From the NCBI RefSeq assembly GCF_018977255.1, contig NW_024704743.1, positions 62,808,001 to 62,872,000 of the forward strand: 64,000 bases of DNA, given 5' to 3'. The position numbers and the translations under genes were made by a program. The stretch comes from Callorhinchus milii (taxonomy: Eukaryota). Of this stretch, positions 1 to 14,020 are shown piece after piece. How positions within the stretch are numbered: the first letter of the stretch is position 1; every line of letters begins with the position of its first letter. Below the pieces are notes generated by a model. That model was given only the letters and a program-made list of their open reading frames with translations. It did no database searches and was not told the origin of the DNA.

Positions 1-1349
1 GAGTTCAGAGGTTAGGGGAAGAAAATGTAAAATCTATGATAATGTGGACAGGGTGAGCACATGCAGCAAACTCATTAGCTGAGCAGAGGAGTCGGGGTGA
101 AGAAGTTCTGAGAGATGAGCAATTTGGGTGTGAAGGGATTTGTAGGTGATGGTGGGCCTTAAAATTGATCCACCGGGAGACTGGATTTTGATGAGGACTG
201 GAATAATAAGTGTACAGAGTTTGATGTGGATGAGGATACAGTCAGTGGAGTTTTGGATAATTTGGAGCTTATGAATGGTGTAGCCAGAGAGACTAGAAAC
301 TTTATTTTGCTATGAATGTTTCTATTTTATACAAGGGGTTGTGTTTTTGGTTTGTTTTAGAGTAATGCTAATATCGAACCTCTTACATCTGTTCTATAAA
401 CATCCTGTTGAAGAAGTGGAGTATTGATGTTTGAGAGGCCACAGCCTTGTATAACCTGTAATGGAAGGTCCAGTGATGAATGGTAAGTGTCTGCTCCTAC
501 ACAATGTAAAGGTCAGCAGGGCAGAACATTTTTTTATTTTGTACTAACGTTGAATGTTCTATGCACAGCATTTAGTATATTAGATTTTCTTGAGTGCTGG
601 TGATGCAGTCTATTTAATCAGTTTAGTTCACAGATGTCACCCTGACCCTTAAATTAAATTCCTGCATTATTGCACTCCTCCAGATTTTCTTGCAATCACT
701 ATATAATCTGCATTAAATTATATGTCTAATTTTAAGTACCTCCTGTCCAAATGAAGTTAAGGTTTAATCTGGGTTATTGGTGTAGGTTTATACACAAAGT
801 ATTGCTGTGGTAACAAGGCAGCAAATTTGATTTTGTTAATTTTGCTTTGTCCACGTATGGAATGATTGAATTGATAGCCCAATGAATACTTTGATTTGAA
901 CTTGTTTGCCGTTTGTATATTATAATGACAATAGCAGAGAGGATCTTGCTCTTGCGGTTCATGCAACAAAAACATTTTTTTATCCTAGTTGTAGTCTTCC
1001 AGCTCATTCCCAGCATTAAGCAATTAATGCTAATGATAATCATTGCATTTGATCTAGTCATTATTGGCCTAAAGTTCTCCACATTTTGCTTGCAGTTAGC
1101 TGTTGTAAAACCTGAGTTCTAATATCCCCTACCTTGAAAAAGTAACAATTGTTTATAGCGAGGTCAATGTTGACATTTTAGTTCTATCAAAGACATTACA
1201 AGTGAAGTTTTCTCTAACAGTGGAGTCCAAACCTGTTTTGAGTTCTAGATCTATGAATGTTTAGTGACAAAACCAGCACACAAACTCCAGAAATGGAGAT
1301 AATCATACTTTTTTTTTATATAATGGTTTAAGTGACTTAAACTCCAAAA

Positions 1350-1540
1350 AAACAAAACAATAATAAATTGGTCATTTTCAACCCATGACTGTTTGTGGGA
1401 CACTGCTGTGCGCAATTGGCTGCCGCGTTCACCCATAAATATACAGTCAATTCACTTTACAGTATATTCTGTGAAGTGCTTTGGGACGTCTAGCAGACGT
1501 GAAAAGTGCTACATCAAATGCAAGGATTATTATTATCATT
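1350..1540 (+). mobile_element. SINE 3' half
   Basis: ataaattggtcattttcaa..gctacatcaaatgcaaggattattatt. Confidence 0.85.
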
Positions 1541-3849
1541 AAGTCCCACAGAGCTGCAGCTGTCGGTGACTATCCTGGCACAGTAATTGATAAAAACCAG
1601 TGGAGGCCGACAGGGAAAAGAAAATTCATTTGTTACCATTATCGGTCAATCAGGATATATATGATCATTCTTTAAAGGCGTCTCTTCGATGTAAACATTC
1701 CCAATTTCTATATATTTCTATTTCCAATCCCATCTACATCTTTGCTCATCGGTGTACCTTGTCCAATGCTTGGATAACCAGAGGGTGGACCTCAGTGTGT
1801 TCAATGACTGCTTCGTCATCCATTTCTGCAGCCAGTGACTAACCCTTTAGTTCTGCACCCTAAAAATAACAACAAAAACAACAACTTGCATTTATATAAC
1901 ACCCTTCGCGTGGAGTAGCATCTTGGAGCGCTTAACACTGACGGAGCCTGACGCCGAGCCGAGCTAGAGGGAGGAGGTGACATAAAGCACGGTCGAAGAG
2001 AAATGTCTTAACCCTTAACCATCAGATTAATTTATTCACTAGGATAATGAAATAATAGACATGATTCTTGTGTGAAGGTACTATAAGGACTTGCATTTTT
2101 AGATAGATATCACATAGAGCATCTCAATGCACTTCAAGTAATTATTGTCAAGTGTAGCAACTATTTTGTAGGCAAACATGATGACCATTTGCACCACTGA
2201 GGCCCACAAACAGCAATACAGTGCTTCCTTGTTTACCATATACTGTCTAACCTGTTCCAATGTCTCAGAGGTAAAATTTTCTTCAGTACATCCCCTGGTT
2301 TAGGCAATGAACCAGACTTTATTACGCTAACCTGTTTCCTGCAATAGGTTGCTTTGACGCATTCCAAAACCAACTGTTTCTCACATTAACTAACCCCTGT
2401 CTGCCCGGAGCGGAGCTCGTATCAACAATACTCTACTATTGACTGCTCTTGGGTCAGAACCTCATTGCCATGGTAACTAGACAAGGCATGTTGCTAAGGC
2501 AATAACCCCTGCATTTGTCTTGTTTTAATGATCATTTAAGATACAACATGGAAATCGGTGACCAAAGATAGCATAGTAAAATGATTTTTCATAGTCCTGT
2601 ATAGAAAGTTGGAAACTTATGTCTAAATTAAATTCCATTGGCTCATTACACTGTGATTATTTTCACCTCATCTAATCTGTGCTCCAATAATCTATTAAAA
2701 TACATTAATTATACATACACAATACCTAGAGAATGCAACATTCTGAATCTTGGCATGGAGTATAAGAAAATTTCTATGTGAAACCTGCAGCTACTTCAGA
2801 ATATACACCATTCCAAAACAATGTTGGGGTTTCTTTAAGGCACGTCATGGAGTGTCAGGAAGAACAGTGTTGGTGTGTCAGGAAGAACACTGTGCATGCT
2901 CACCTCATAGTCTCAGCTGTGCCAATATTGGAAGGTCCTGAACAGAACCTAAGTGCTTTCCACAGGGATGGAAAATTGGAGGGAGTATTACCTTCATCGA
3001 ACCCTTGCTCATCTTTCTGGAGTTTGTTTCATAGATGTGGGAGCAGAACCATTTATTCACCTGGGTATATGCAGAGCAAGATTCAAAGATCATAGGTAAA
3101 AGCGAAAGTGCCTTAAGTGTGTAGTAATACAACATCAAATTGCATTTATATAGAGCTTTTCACATAGGGAGGACATGCCAAGGCACTGGACATTCAAGGG
3201 TTTGCACCCGAGCTCGGAGTTGGATTCGGGAAGAGTGGTGGCCCAGGGGGTGGGGGAGGGTAAGATGACTGAAGGCAGTCAAGGAGGAAGCTCTTGAGAT
3301 AGATGTATGTTTCACTGATGCCAGGTGCCCTTTGCCAAGTGACCATTTTTAATGTGTGCTGGCAGATCTTTCGATTGAACAGCATTACAGTCAAGCTCAC
3401 GTGTGCAATTTTCATCAAGGGAAGATTGGATGGTTTTCTTTCCAAACCCAGGACATTGGTTTGGGATATGAAGCTTTCTGGGACTACATGTTGCAGCTTT
3501 TCGCTAAGCAATCATTTTAGTTGCTGGAAAGCTAAGGCATTATACAGTTTCATATCGCAAGAGAGTTCTAGAAAAAAAAACTTCAGCACATTTGATTTCA
3601 TCCTTCCAAATTATCCACCCTACCGTCTTTCCATTGCAGCTTAAAGCTGTTTGTTGAATGTATCCTGTCTTAACAAGCCAAGAAACTGTTTCCAGCCGTG
3701 TAAATAAATATTTCTTGGTGTCTGATCTAAACTTACCCTTTAGAACTCTGAACATGTAACCAACTGTTCTCCTAATGTTATTTGAAAGTTCAATATTGTC
3801 AATACTGTCAATACTGTCCTGGTTTACTTTCTTTACTCTTTCATCTTGT

Positions 3850-4256
3850 ATATCCCCCTATCTACCTGCCTGTACCCTCCGTTCCTCTGGCTCCGGTCTG
3901 CTCCACATCCCCCGCCCCAATCGCCCTACCATCGGTGGTCGGGCCTTCAGCCTCTCAGCCCCGAGGCTCTGGAACTCCATCCCCCAGTGCCTTCGCCGCC
4001 TCCTCCCTTTCCTCCTTCAAGGCCGGTCTCAAGACCTTTCTCTTTGACTGTGCCTTCAGCTCCCCTCTCGACTCTCTACCTCCTCGCTCCCTCCCTTCCC
4101 TCCCCTCACCCTGACCATTTCCCCCCTGCTCGCTCCCTCCCTTCCCTCCCCTCACCCTGACCATTTCCCCCTGCTCGGGTCCCGACCCAACTGTGCAGCG
4201 CCTTGGGATGTCCTCCCGACGTGAAAGGCGCTCTATAAATGGAATTTTGTTGTTGT
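3850..4256 (+). mobile_element. L2 LINE 3' fragment
   Basis: TLRSSGSGLLHIP..GGRAFSLSAPRLWNSIP / FKAGLKTFLF; tail ttgggatgtcctcccgacgtgaaaggcgctctataaat..(gtt)n. Confidence 0.85.
4083..4173 (+). repeat. Tandem duplication (46 + 45 bp) in the L2 3' UTR
   Basis: ctcgctccctcccttccctcccctcaccctgaccatttcccc(c)ctg twice. Confidence 0.9.
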
Positions 4257-4821
4257 ATATTTCTATAAGGTCTTCTGCAACACACAATTTTCAGGTTCAA
4301 GGCCTAGTTTATCGAGTTCCTCATAACTCTTCTCTCTGTGATTCAGCTTTGCTGCTCTTTTCTGCCTGTAGTTCTGGTTCCCTTACTCCTCTCTTTACCC
4401 CCACCCCACACCTCCATAACAGCACTTTATTTCACCTGTTTCCTGTATAGACTTGTATTCAACCCAAAAAATGCTTTTCTCCTCAGATGCATTGTTAATC
4501 TTCCTTTCGGTTTATACAATTTGTCAATTTATAATACCTCATTTCGGCATTTGATAGATGTACATTTTTCCTCACCAGTATTTATAATTTACTAGTAATT
4601 ACTAATTTACTTTCATTCTATGTTGGTAAAGGTCCCCCTTCATATTGAATAGGTTTGTGTGTAGTACATAAATTTGTTTCCTTGCTTGAATAATTTCACA
4701 AGTTAGATTGAATGTTGTCATGCTGTGATTTCTAGGTCCTGACAATTCAGCTACTCTCTTCCTGAATTTAGTCTGGCTACGAGCAAAAAAACAGTTTATA
4801 AGAAACTTTGTAGTCGTATAA

Positions 4822-5140
4822 ATAATCTTGCATTTGATGTAGCGCCTTATCACGTTGTTGAGGCGTCTCAAAGCCCTTCACAGAATATACTGTAAAGTGT
4901 AGTGTAGCTCACAGCAGTGTCCCACAAAGAAAAATGATCAAATTATTATTATTTTTTTTGGAGTGATTAATACTCCCGGAAAGCGATCTGCCAATCGACT
5001 AACAAGCGGGTTCCTACTTTACTTCTAGGTAAAGAGAGGCAAGATAACAAAACTTGCCTTAGGTTTCGGCCACCTGGTAATCGAACCTGGTCCTCTCGCT
5101 TGGTGAGAGTGCTAACCACCACACGACAGAACTCCACTCC
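4822..5140 (-). mobile_element. tRNA-derived SINE, long form, partly deleted
   Basis: Tail cttgcatttgatgtagcg; internal ccggaaagcgatctgccaatcgactaac; degenerate tRNA head. Confidence 0.8.
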
Positions 5141-8104
5141 TTCAAGTTGGTTATTTTTTTTACCGATTTTCACTGACAAATATCTGTTTGTTTTGGTGAG
5201 AGTTAATCAACAAAAAAAAAGGTTCCTCCTGAATTTGATTTTAATTAATGACCTTTTATCCACACGGTTTTGTTATATGCACTGGGGCTAATCTGAATTC
5301 ATGCAGATAATCTGCTCTCCAGTGTATCAATAATGCAACTATTTTGTTAGATCCAGTTTGTTTGCTTGAGATTACATTGTTCCAAAATTGTTTCCGATTT
5401 GCACTGAATTTATCTTTTTTGCAATCTTATTCCATATCCCCCTCCCGCCCACCATCCTCAACTGTGATTTTCTTGCATTTTTAAAAACAAAATATAAGCT
5501 CCAAAGTATACATCCACCTCAGCTTCAGCAGAAAGCATGTGTCTCAGATAATTTCTACTGCCAATTTGCTTACAAAGACACATGCATACCTATTTAAATG
5601 CATTGTATGTATGTGGTGAAAATTTGGTCTTTTCATATATTCAATTGAAATAGTCTTTAAATCATACTTATCTGATTTATCGAACAAAATTAGTACACTC
5701 AATTGGTACATGTCGTAGATGTGTACATTAAACAGACAACTCACACAAACTGTTTCCATGTATTTTGAATGAATATAACTTGCGTTTTGCCCACAAAATA
5801 CAGTCAATCTACTTTAGAGTATATCCTGTTGAGACATGTGATAAGGTGCTTTATCAAATGCAGAATTATTATTTATTTATCTAATGTCTACTCTTTTCGT
5901 ATGTAAATGCGCGTCAGTTAAATATTAGAAACTTTTTCAACCAGTATGGCTCACGCTGGCTTCACATGTGGGACAGATGGCGCTAGTTTAGAACTATTAA
6001 GAATGGCTGAATAATGGTGATTAAAGTTCTTTGAAAACAGAGATGCTGCCTTTTGCAACAGACAGTAATAGGGGAACAGTTTCAAAGCAGGAATAGATCT
6101 CTGGTCCATCTAACCGACCCATCCGTTTTCCCAAAAGATTTGTTTGTCACATCTATCCCATCTAATAACCCTGAATTCCTTCAAGTGGTCCGAGAGGGCT
6201 GACCTTCGGTAATTAGGTCAACCAAACTCCATGCTACTACTAAGTTGATAAATGAAACTGGAAGAAAACAGATATTTTGGTGTGGCACCTGCATTTGTTA
6301 TGTTTTTTCGCTGTTCTGTTCTCATAGAGCCCTGCTGTTTGTTAAAATGCTTCAAGGAATTATAGTGCATTATATGCTGATTGACGGCTTTCAAACAAAA
6401 CTTCAGGGGTTGCTGTAACAACTCGGGTCATTTTCAGTGCGTATTACTCCTGAGACTATTACATTAAACTGGCAGACAACAGGAAAATGCAGGTCTATTA
6501 CTTGCCTCTGGAGATTGAGATCCTCCATCCCAAAGCACAGCGCGATTAGCGCATGTGGAGGAGCTGGAGTGCATCAAGGACTTGAGCAAGGCATGGACTC
6601 CTGCGGATTTGCAGCTCACGGCAGTATCTTCGACATGTCAATCTGGATTAGGATTGTGAAGATGACTGGTGGGTTCTTNAAAAAAAAGTTGCTTTTCGGT
6701 GGAAGAGTATCTTGCTTTGGGGCTGTGGCATCTCCCTGCAGAAGGAAAGTCAGATGAAAACAGATTTACCAGAAATTAGCCCTGTTATTAAGCTGGGCTG
6801 TGCACCAGATGTAATGCTAATTAGAAGAAATACTGCCAAGGGGAGAGTGGATTACTAATATCCCCCAGGCACCATACATTAGAAGTGAAAACCTCTGTTG
6901 CATGATATGAATTTTTATATGCTTCGAATCAGAAGAACTCCTATCATTGCTCCATTATTGACAGCACAGCATGTATCTGCTTCTAACCAAGTCAATTTAA
7001 AAACTGCTCCTGAGGTAAGGGTAAACTGAATGGTATAGAGGAGCTGAAATGAAGCTTGGCTTTCCATATTCATACACACTATAATTATTGTACTATTAGT
7101 GGAACTAACTAACGTTTATTATAATTAAACTACAGCTGAATTTGAATAATACAATTAAGTGATATATTAAATTGATAATTCTTAGTATAAGTTTATTATG
7201 TGGCTAGATTGCAGCGTGAAGACCAAGCTGCAGTAAAAGACAGCAATACTGAAACCATGCCTTGGAGGGAATAAAGAGAATATTAATACAGTGTAATCTG
7301 TGGTTACAGGCTGACATTGCTGCACACTAGAGGGCATGATTTTTATGTTTTAAACATTGCAAAAACAAGTTTATTTCAATGTTGTTACTGTACAAATCTC
7401 TTTAACTCTCTCCAGACTACAGTGGCATTTTGAATATTCGAACAGTTGGAATACACTGATATTTAGTTTTGTGCACTTGTGGCATAATTAATAATAAAAT
7501 GCATTTACTTTTGAAAATGCATCGCTGAAAAACAGTAGTAAAGCCACAATCCGCTTTCAGTCCTTGGAGTTATTTACACACGTACTCTCAACACCCAGTC
7601 AGTTTGAGTTAGACACTTTGAAAAACAGCATAATATAAGTTAATAATATACTCACTGAAGCCGATCAGAGAAATTCACAAAATTTGGTCACCTGATCTGG
7701 CTAATGATTATTAATAATAATGATGATGGGGAGGATGTGATAAATAATGGGCCTTAGATTCCACCTCATCTTATCATGTAATTGAATGTTGTCTTACAAT
7801 ATAAACTGGCACAGAAGTGTGGAAAATTTGAAAAAAAACAAGACTTAATTTGGAAGTTGGTTTCACACAGTTCTTGAAAAAAGCATTGTTATTCAAATTA
7901 AGACAAATTTAAAATGCTCCACAATTCTGCGCTGTCTTAGGTTTTACAATAAAATCACTAAGATTAAGTGGAGTTTCAAGCTGAATGTTTTGTTTGATTT
8001 TTTTTCTCAGTCTTGTTAATAATAATACTGTACTTGCATTTATGGTACAATACCGATTTGCATGTATAGTGTGTATCACATCAGGAGGAATTTCCAAGGC
8101 CCTG

Positions 8105-8465
8105 GACATTTGATATAGCATCTTATCACACTGTTAAAACATCTCAAATTGCTTCACAAGATTTATTGTAAAGTGTAGAGTTTGAGCAAACAAAGCAGCC
8201 AATTTGCGCACGGCAATGTGCTATTGAAATGAATGAGCAATTGTATTTGAAGCATTGTTGGCCAGGACACCAGGAGAAATTCCTTTCTCTCTGAATAGCC
8301 ACTTCTCTCTGAATAATGCCACAATCTTTATCATCCATCTGAACAAGCAGATAGGACCTTGGTTTAACATTTCAACCGAAGGATGGCATGTTTGACAACA
8401 CAGCGCTTCCCCAGTACTGCACTAGAGTGTTAGCCTTGGGTTCAAAGTCCCAAAGTGAGTCAGGT
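8105..8465 (-). mobile_element. Older Deu-domain SINE
   Basis: ggccaggacaccaggagaa..ccttggtttaacatttcaaccgaaggatggca; similar copies at about 26445-26668, 32885-33170 and 45680-45928. Confidence 0.7.
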
Positions 8466-11400
8466 TGACTGCTCTCTCTGATTGACTCGCTAATTTACAG
8501 AACAGGAGTGGATGTATAATAGAGATGGAGGAAATGGAAAAGAGCTTTCATTCTTTCCTGCTTAATGACTGGCTTTTGGGAAGTATGATTTTTCCAGATT
8601 TTACCTTCAATTTAATCCAGTAATTTTTCCACAAGGTTTGCTGTGACAAATCACTATCATTAATGGTAGGGGTCCATCAATTGATTTATTTGGACAATAG
8701 ATGATAGTGTGTGTTGAGCAGGATTTTATAAACAAACATTTGAAATAGTTACTGGTTCAGTGAATCAGCAAGTACTGTTTATCTGCTTATAAAGGAGTGC
8801 AGTTCGCTAGAGTTACTGGACCATCTGGAAAATGAGCTATTTTTAAAAATCCACAATCACCAATTGCCCTGGACACCAATATTCCTAGATGGTCTGACTT
8901 TTTTTTAACATGGTACTTAGCAGGTCAGGCCATTAAATGGCCCAAGCTTCCTGGAGGTTTCTCTCTTGCAATGTTTCATCCCACTGGAGTTTTTTATAAT
9001 TACCTTTTGATGTCTGTTTGAATTGCCTAGGGATTGTTCTGTCTCAATGCTGAGGTTTTGACGCAGATGAAGTTAGTGTGGAGAATGTGTTGCCAAAACA
9101 ACATATTTACTTCCTCGCCTTTCACAGGACTATCTGAACGAGAATCATGTGCTAAACACTTGCTCTGCAGCTGTCAGTTCTTATCAGATCAACTCAAAAG
9201 GAGCATTCATGGGAAACTGGAACTTGTCTTCCCAAAGGCTTTTCCTCCCTGTGCTGTGTACTATTTGCAGCAAAGAGGTGAATGGTCAACGTGATTCTAA
9301 ATCCCATGCATTGCTTCCCTTGGTGCAGTCTGGGAGTAAATACTAATAATAATACTTGCATTTCACGGAATATACTGTAAAGTAAATTGACTATATTTTG
9401 TGGGTGAAATTTTGATTAGGTGACTCAAGGTGGCTTTAGAAACTTAATTTTGAAGTAACTCACATGGGCTTTCTCTATTTTATTAGTTTATGGCAGTTTT
9501 GTATTTCTTAATACCATTTTCTTACCTTTTCACTATTTACCTTTTAAATATCCTTACTTCCCATGAATGCATCTATCACCCTCTTAAGCACTTCAATTAG
9601 TCTTCTGGAGCAATGCATTCTCCAGTGTAATATCCCTTTCCCATCTGAGAAATGCCTGGTGTCTTCAATATCTGCAGTATGGCAGAGCTAAGGTCTGGAA
9701 TTATACATGTGAAATATGATAAGCCTGAACTTGGATTTCCCCATTCTGTAACTGTGTTGGGCTCAGTAAGAGGCACAGTTCTGGTTGGACTGTTTAAAAA
9801 GGCACATGTGCCAATTAAGACTTCAGATTTGTTTTGTTATGGTTCTGGCTGTTACCCTTATAATACAAATCCTAGCTTCAATTGTCGTGCATAAAACTGA
9901 AAGAGCTGGTATGTTCTTTTCTGTCCCCCGGAGGTGATCCCTGATGGGATCCAACAGTGATGTTAGCTGAGCATTTCCGAGCTCTTGAAATGTCAATCTG
10001 TAGGTGGTTACAGAGCTTTCATTTATTTCAGGATTATTCAGATTGAATTTAGAGACCTGGAAGATATCAAGAGTAGATACATTTACCATCAGTAAAGTTC
10101 ACTTACTGCAAATGTTTTAATTTCTAATACAAAAATAGATGTAAACTAATAGTTTTGGGTGTGAAATTTCTGAGTTGGTAAATCTTTCTGATTCCCTTTG
10201 CACGCATCACTTTAATCCATTGAGGGAGGCGCTCAAAGTCCTTACGTGGAGCTTGAACCCACAATCTTCCTACTTTGAGGCGAGGGTACCACCAACTGCC
10301 AACCAGTATATAATACAGTAAAATTCACATAATTTGTATCAGTCGGGACCATAACATTTAATATGACTTATGCAAAATCTGAGTTCCAAGCAACAGTACG
10401 TCGGATAAAATCCGAATTAATCAATCTAGTTAAGCATGTGTTTTTTTAAAAAAAAAGTTTAATAAGGTGCAATCAGTGTAGATTGTAGCATCAGTACTTT
10501 CTTGAAATAACTATTACCAACAAGTTTTATTGCTGCAATATTTAAAAAATAATTCTAAAGCACAGTACTAAAACTAACAAGCGTACAAATTGATTCCAGA
10601 AAGCACTACATTTTATATCTGTTACTGAGAGCTGATAAAGACCTTCAGTTTTTCTGCTTTCTAATATATGCTGCAATGACCCCCAAATTCAAGAATAGAT
10701 TATTTCAGGTGAATTATTTCTGGGTGATTTTGTGCCAGATGAGAGAATTGGCCCATTGGTTACAGGCCTCAGATATGAGACAATCCCGTCAAAGGTTGAT
10801 TGCTGAACTGACCATCTTATCTCCTCATTACAATTCTGGAACTCAGGTGGCAGCATCATTCGGTAGTGCTTGTCAGTCAATTAAACAAAAATACCTTTTG
10901 TCCCAGTATTGTTTGTACCGAGACCAGGGTGGTCCAACTGGAGTATAGGAGTGTACAATAATATTTGTAATATGATTATAAACATTACCTCTGTTGAGCA
11001 GAAGTAATGCTTAATATTATTAACTTTTAATTTTTTAAACAATATAGAAATAATACAAAACAATAACATTTACATAGCATCTTTCACAACAGGAGGACAT
11101 CCCAAGGTGGTTAAATATCATAGTAATAAAGTTGCGCTTGTCATTTATGAAAAGTACTCTATAAATGCAAGTTATTTGTTTTTATAATACTTTATTACAA
11201 CATATGTATGAACTAAAAAAAGGTAAAAAAAAATGAACAGTACAGGAAGCCTGGAATTTCCCTGTTGCCACTGGAAGTCTAAGTGTTAATGCGGAAGCAT
11301 CTAATAATGTCGTTAGTTACTTTGACTCCCCAAGAACAGATCCTAGCCTGAAGTGAAAGGGTGCATTGTCATTTATATTCACTATATTGTAATAACGTTC

Positions 11401-11549
11401 CAGAACTTTCTTCAAGAAGATTCAAAAATATCTATTTTGGTTTTGCTAATGTCACTTTGTAAAATTGTTGTAAATGATTGTTGCAATCCCTAATAAATAA
11501 AATAATTTTAACTTTTTCTGTCATTCTAAAGTACTTTTTTTTCTTTCAG

Positions 11550-11622
11550 GCCATGTGGTTTAGTACTCCAGCTCATAGTGAAATATTAAATCTTGATAGT
11601 GGAAATATTGATGACATCTTAG
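11550..11622 (+). CDS. ERP44: ERP44 coding exon 2 (end of signal peptide, start of thioredoxin a domain)
   Basis: ttctttcag|GCC...TTA G|gtaagt; encodes AMWFSTPAHSEILNLDSGNIDDIL, similar to human VTWVFTPVTTEITSLDTENIDEIL; 73 bp. Confidence 0.93.
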
Positions 11623-13141
11623 GTAAGTGCTCTTTCAAAATTATGTAGCTTTTACTTCAACTTTAGAATAGGAGGCAGGCTTGTAGATGCTTAAACTTTG
11701 GTCTTATAAGTCATTGGCTGAATTACTCAAAATCTGCAATTTTGCAAAGTGAGTGACCAAACATCCCAACACTTCAGCAAGTATGTTACTTCAGCAAATC
11801 TCTTTCCACAGTGTCATGCTTGGATTGAAACTTTCTTTGCCTTTTTTTTGTATTTCCCTCCATCCAATCCAAAGTAATAGGGTGTAGTCACCATGCGCAC
11901 AGAAAGCTGTCTCACCTCCAGCTGCCTTTACACATGATAAAAACATGTTCAATTTCTTGGTCACCAAATCATGCTGAAGTCCATTCCTGTGTCTGATGTT
12001 GGCAGCAATAAAAAGTTGGAAGCGAGCTGGTCAGCTTTCTATGTGCACTTGTCTTAAGCTTGAATGAGACTTTCTCGTATTTTCTTTTACTAGATTGTTA
12101 AATGGCGTGCTAATTTCACCAGTCGTGTTGTGATTGGAATCAGTAAGATCATGTTCTTAAGGAGATCTTGCTCAGTGTTACAATTTTTTTAATTTAAAAA
12201 AATCAAGGCATTATGCGTTTGTCGTGTATGCGTGTTTAAAGAAAATCCCCAGAGGTCAACAATAATGGCTCCATTGTGTCTTCCAGAGAGTTGAAGTCTT
12301 CCAAACTGTTCATACTCTGGTATGAACATGCTTGGATTAAGATGTTCCTTGGTCATTGTCACAGACACTGGTGATATTTTTTCTCACCTCAAATTGAATG
12401 AGTAATTTGAAGCTTCCCAAAACTCAGATCAATGATTCTTTAAGTTCAGTCATCTGCTATGAGGAATTTTCCAAAATAATGTAGTTTATTTGGCGAACAT
12501 CACAAGAGTTCAAAACAGCAGGTTGGAACATTATAGAATGAACCTAGAAAGAGAAGAGATCTGCCTGATTGTTTTTGTTTCCTGTACAATTATTTTCTTT
12601 AATTGCAAAAGTATCTGGTTAATACATTGCTGATATTTCTCTTCTTATTTTGTCCTAAGCCAGGCAATCTAAACCTTGAGATTGCCACATTGTGGTCAGA
12701 TCACTGAAGGAGCACAGGTGCAATATTATTAGACCACAATATTGAAATGTTTTGTTCCCATTTGTGAAGAATTCAGACACTTTATTCAAGACAAGAACGT
12801 TCGTTAGATACCGACCACGGTGGTTAGATACAGCACTGATGTGCTGCACCATTAAATATTATAATAATAATATAATATTAGATCCTTTGCAATTTCCACA
12901 TGGCTTGTTCATGTTTGCACAAGACACATTTATGCGAGAGCAGTTTCCAACTTATAGTTAATTAGATAATTTTTTACAGTACAACTTTAAATTGGTGTCC
13001 ATCTATATAATTTAGATTTCGTATTGCTTTAATAAAAGTAGTACTTTAACTCCATGTTTAATCTAATCAAGCATGCAAAATTATGCTTTTGAGTTTGTAT
13101 TCATCTTAAATCTATGTAAATGTAATTTTTTTTTCTTCCAG

Positions 13142-13181
13142 GCAATGCAGATGTTGCACTAGTCAATTTCTACGCTGACTG
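13142..13181 (+). CDS. ERP44: ERP44 coding exon 3
   Basis: ttttcttccag|GC AAT GCA...GAC TG|gtaagt; (G)NADVALVNFYAD(W); 40 bp; phase matches both neighbours. Confidence 0.97.
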
Positions 13182-13267
13182 GTAAGTACATATAAAAGCT
13201 GCATTTCTAACCCTGCATGATTACCCGTAAAAGCTTCTGAAATTGACTTAGCTAATACCCCTTACTA

Positions 13268-13583
13268 TAATAATAATAATCCTTGCATTTGATATAGCGC
13301 TTTTCATGTCTTCCCGACGTCTCAAAGAGCTTCACAGAATATGCTGTAAAGTGAACTGACTATATATTTGTGGGTGAAACAAGGCAGCTAATTGCACACA
13401 GCAATGTCCCACAAACAGTCGTGGATTGAAAATGACCAATTTATTATTGTTTTTGGTTTTGGAGGGATTAATATTAGGCATGTGGAGTAAGGAAACTTGC
13501 CCAAGGTTTCGTCCTGCCTGGAATTGAACCCAGGTGTTTCGCTTGCAAGGCGAGTGCTCTAACCACTGAGCTACAGGACTCCA
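13268..13583 (-). mobile_element. tRNA-derived SINE, short form, full length
   Basis: Head TGGAGTCCTGTAGCTCAGTGGTTAGAGC..GGTTCAATTCC (A and B boxes); (ATT)n tail. Confidence 0.9.
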
Positions 13584-13584
13584 T

Positions 13585-14020
13585 CCGGGTTGAAAGGGCT
13601 TGGATATAATAAGAGGCTTGGTAGACTGGGATTATATTCCTTGGAGCAAAGGAGGTTAAAAGATGATTTGATTGAGGTGCTTAAAATAATGATTTTGGGC
13701 TTGGTATCTGTCTTGTCTTGGCTCTACCAAGGGAAAGAATTGGTCATTATCTAAATGTGTGGGCAACTATTTCCCTTGATAGAACTGAGGTCAGAAAGCA
13801 TTTCTTCACATAGAATTTTATAAAAATGTAGAATATTCTGCCCCAGAAGGCTGTAGAAGGGGGAATTGATAGAAACGTTTAAAACCATGACAGATATTTG
13901 GATTGTAGAGGTGTAAAAGGGTATGGTGAAAGGGCAGGGCAATGGGATTAAAAGATCTGCCTATTTCTAATAAAAGTGGTGGTTCAGTCAACTAAATGGC
14001 CTTCTCCTGTTCCTATGTTT
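13585..14020 (+). mobile_element. Degenerate CR1 3' fragment
   Basis: Matches the 3' part of the 51-kb CR1 (gatttgattgagg, catttcttcaca, ctgccccagaaggctgt, tggccttctcctgttcctatg). Confidence 0.7.

Noticed and set aside
1..11549. Search for ERP44 exon 1 and its promoter
   Set aside because: No signal-peptide exon with a phase-0 donor and no CpG island found; probably upstream of the window
13505..13583. tRNA-like sequence with A and B boxes (also at 25930, 45520, 57570, 60590)
   Set aside because: Each is the head of a SINE, followed by SINE body and tail; the acceptor and T stems are imperfect, so these are not tRNA genes
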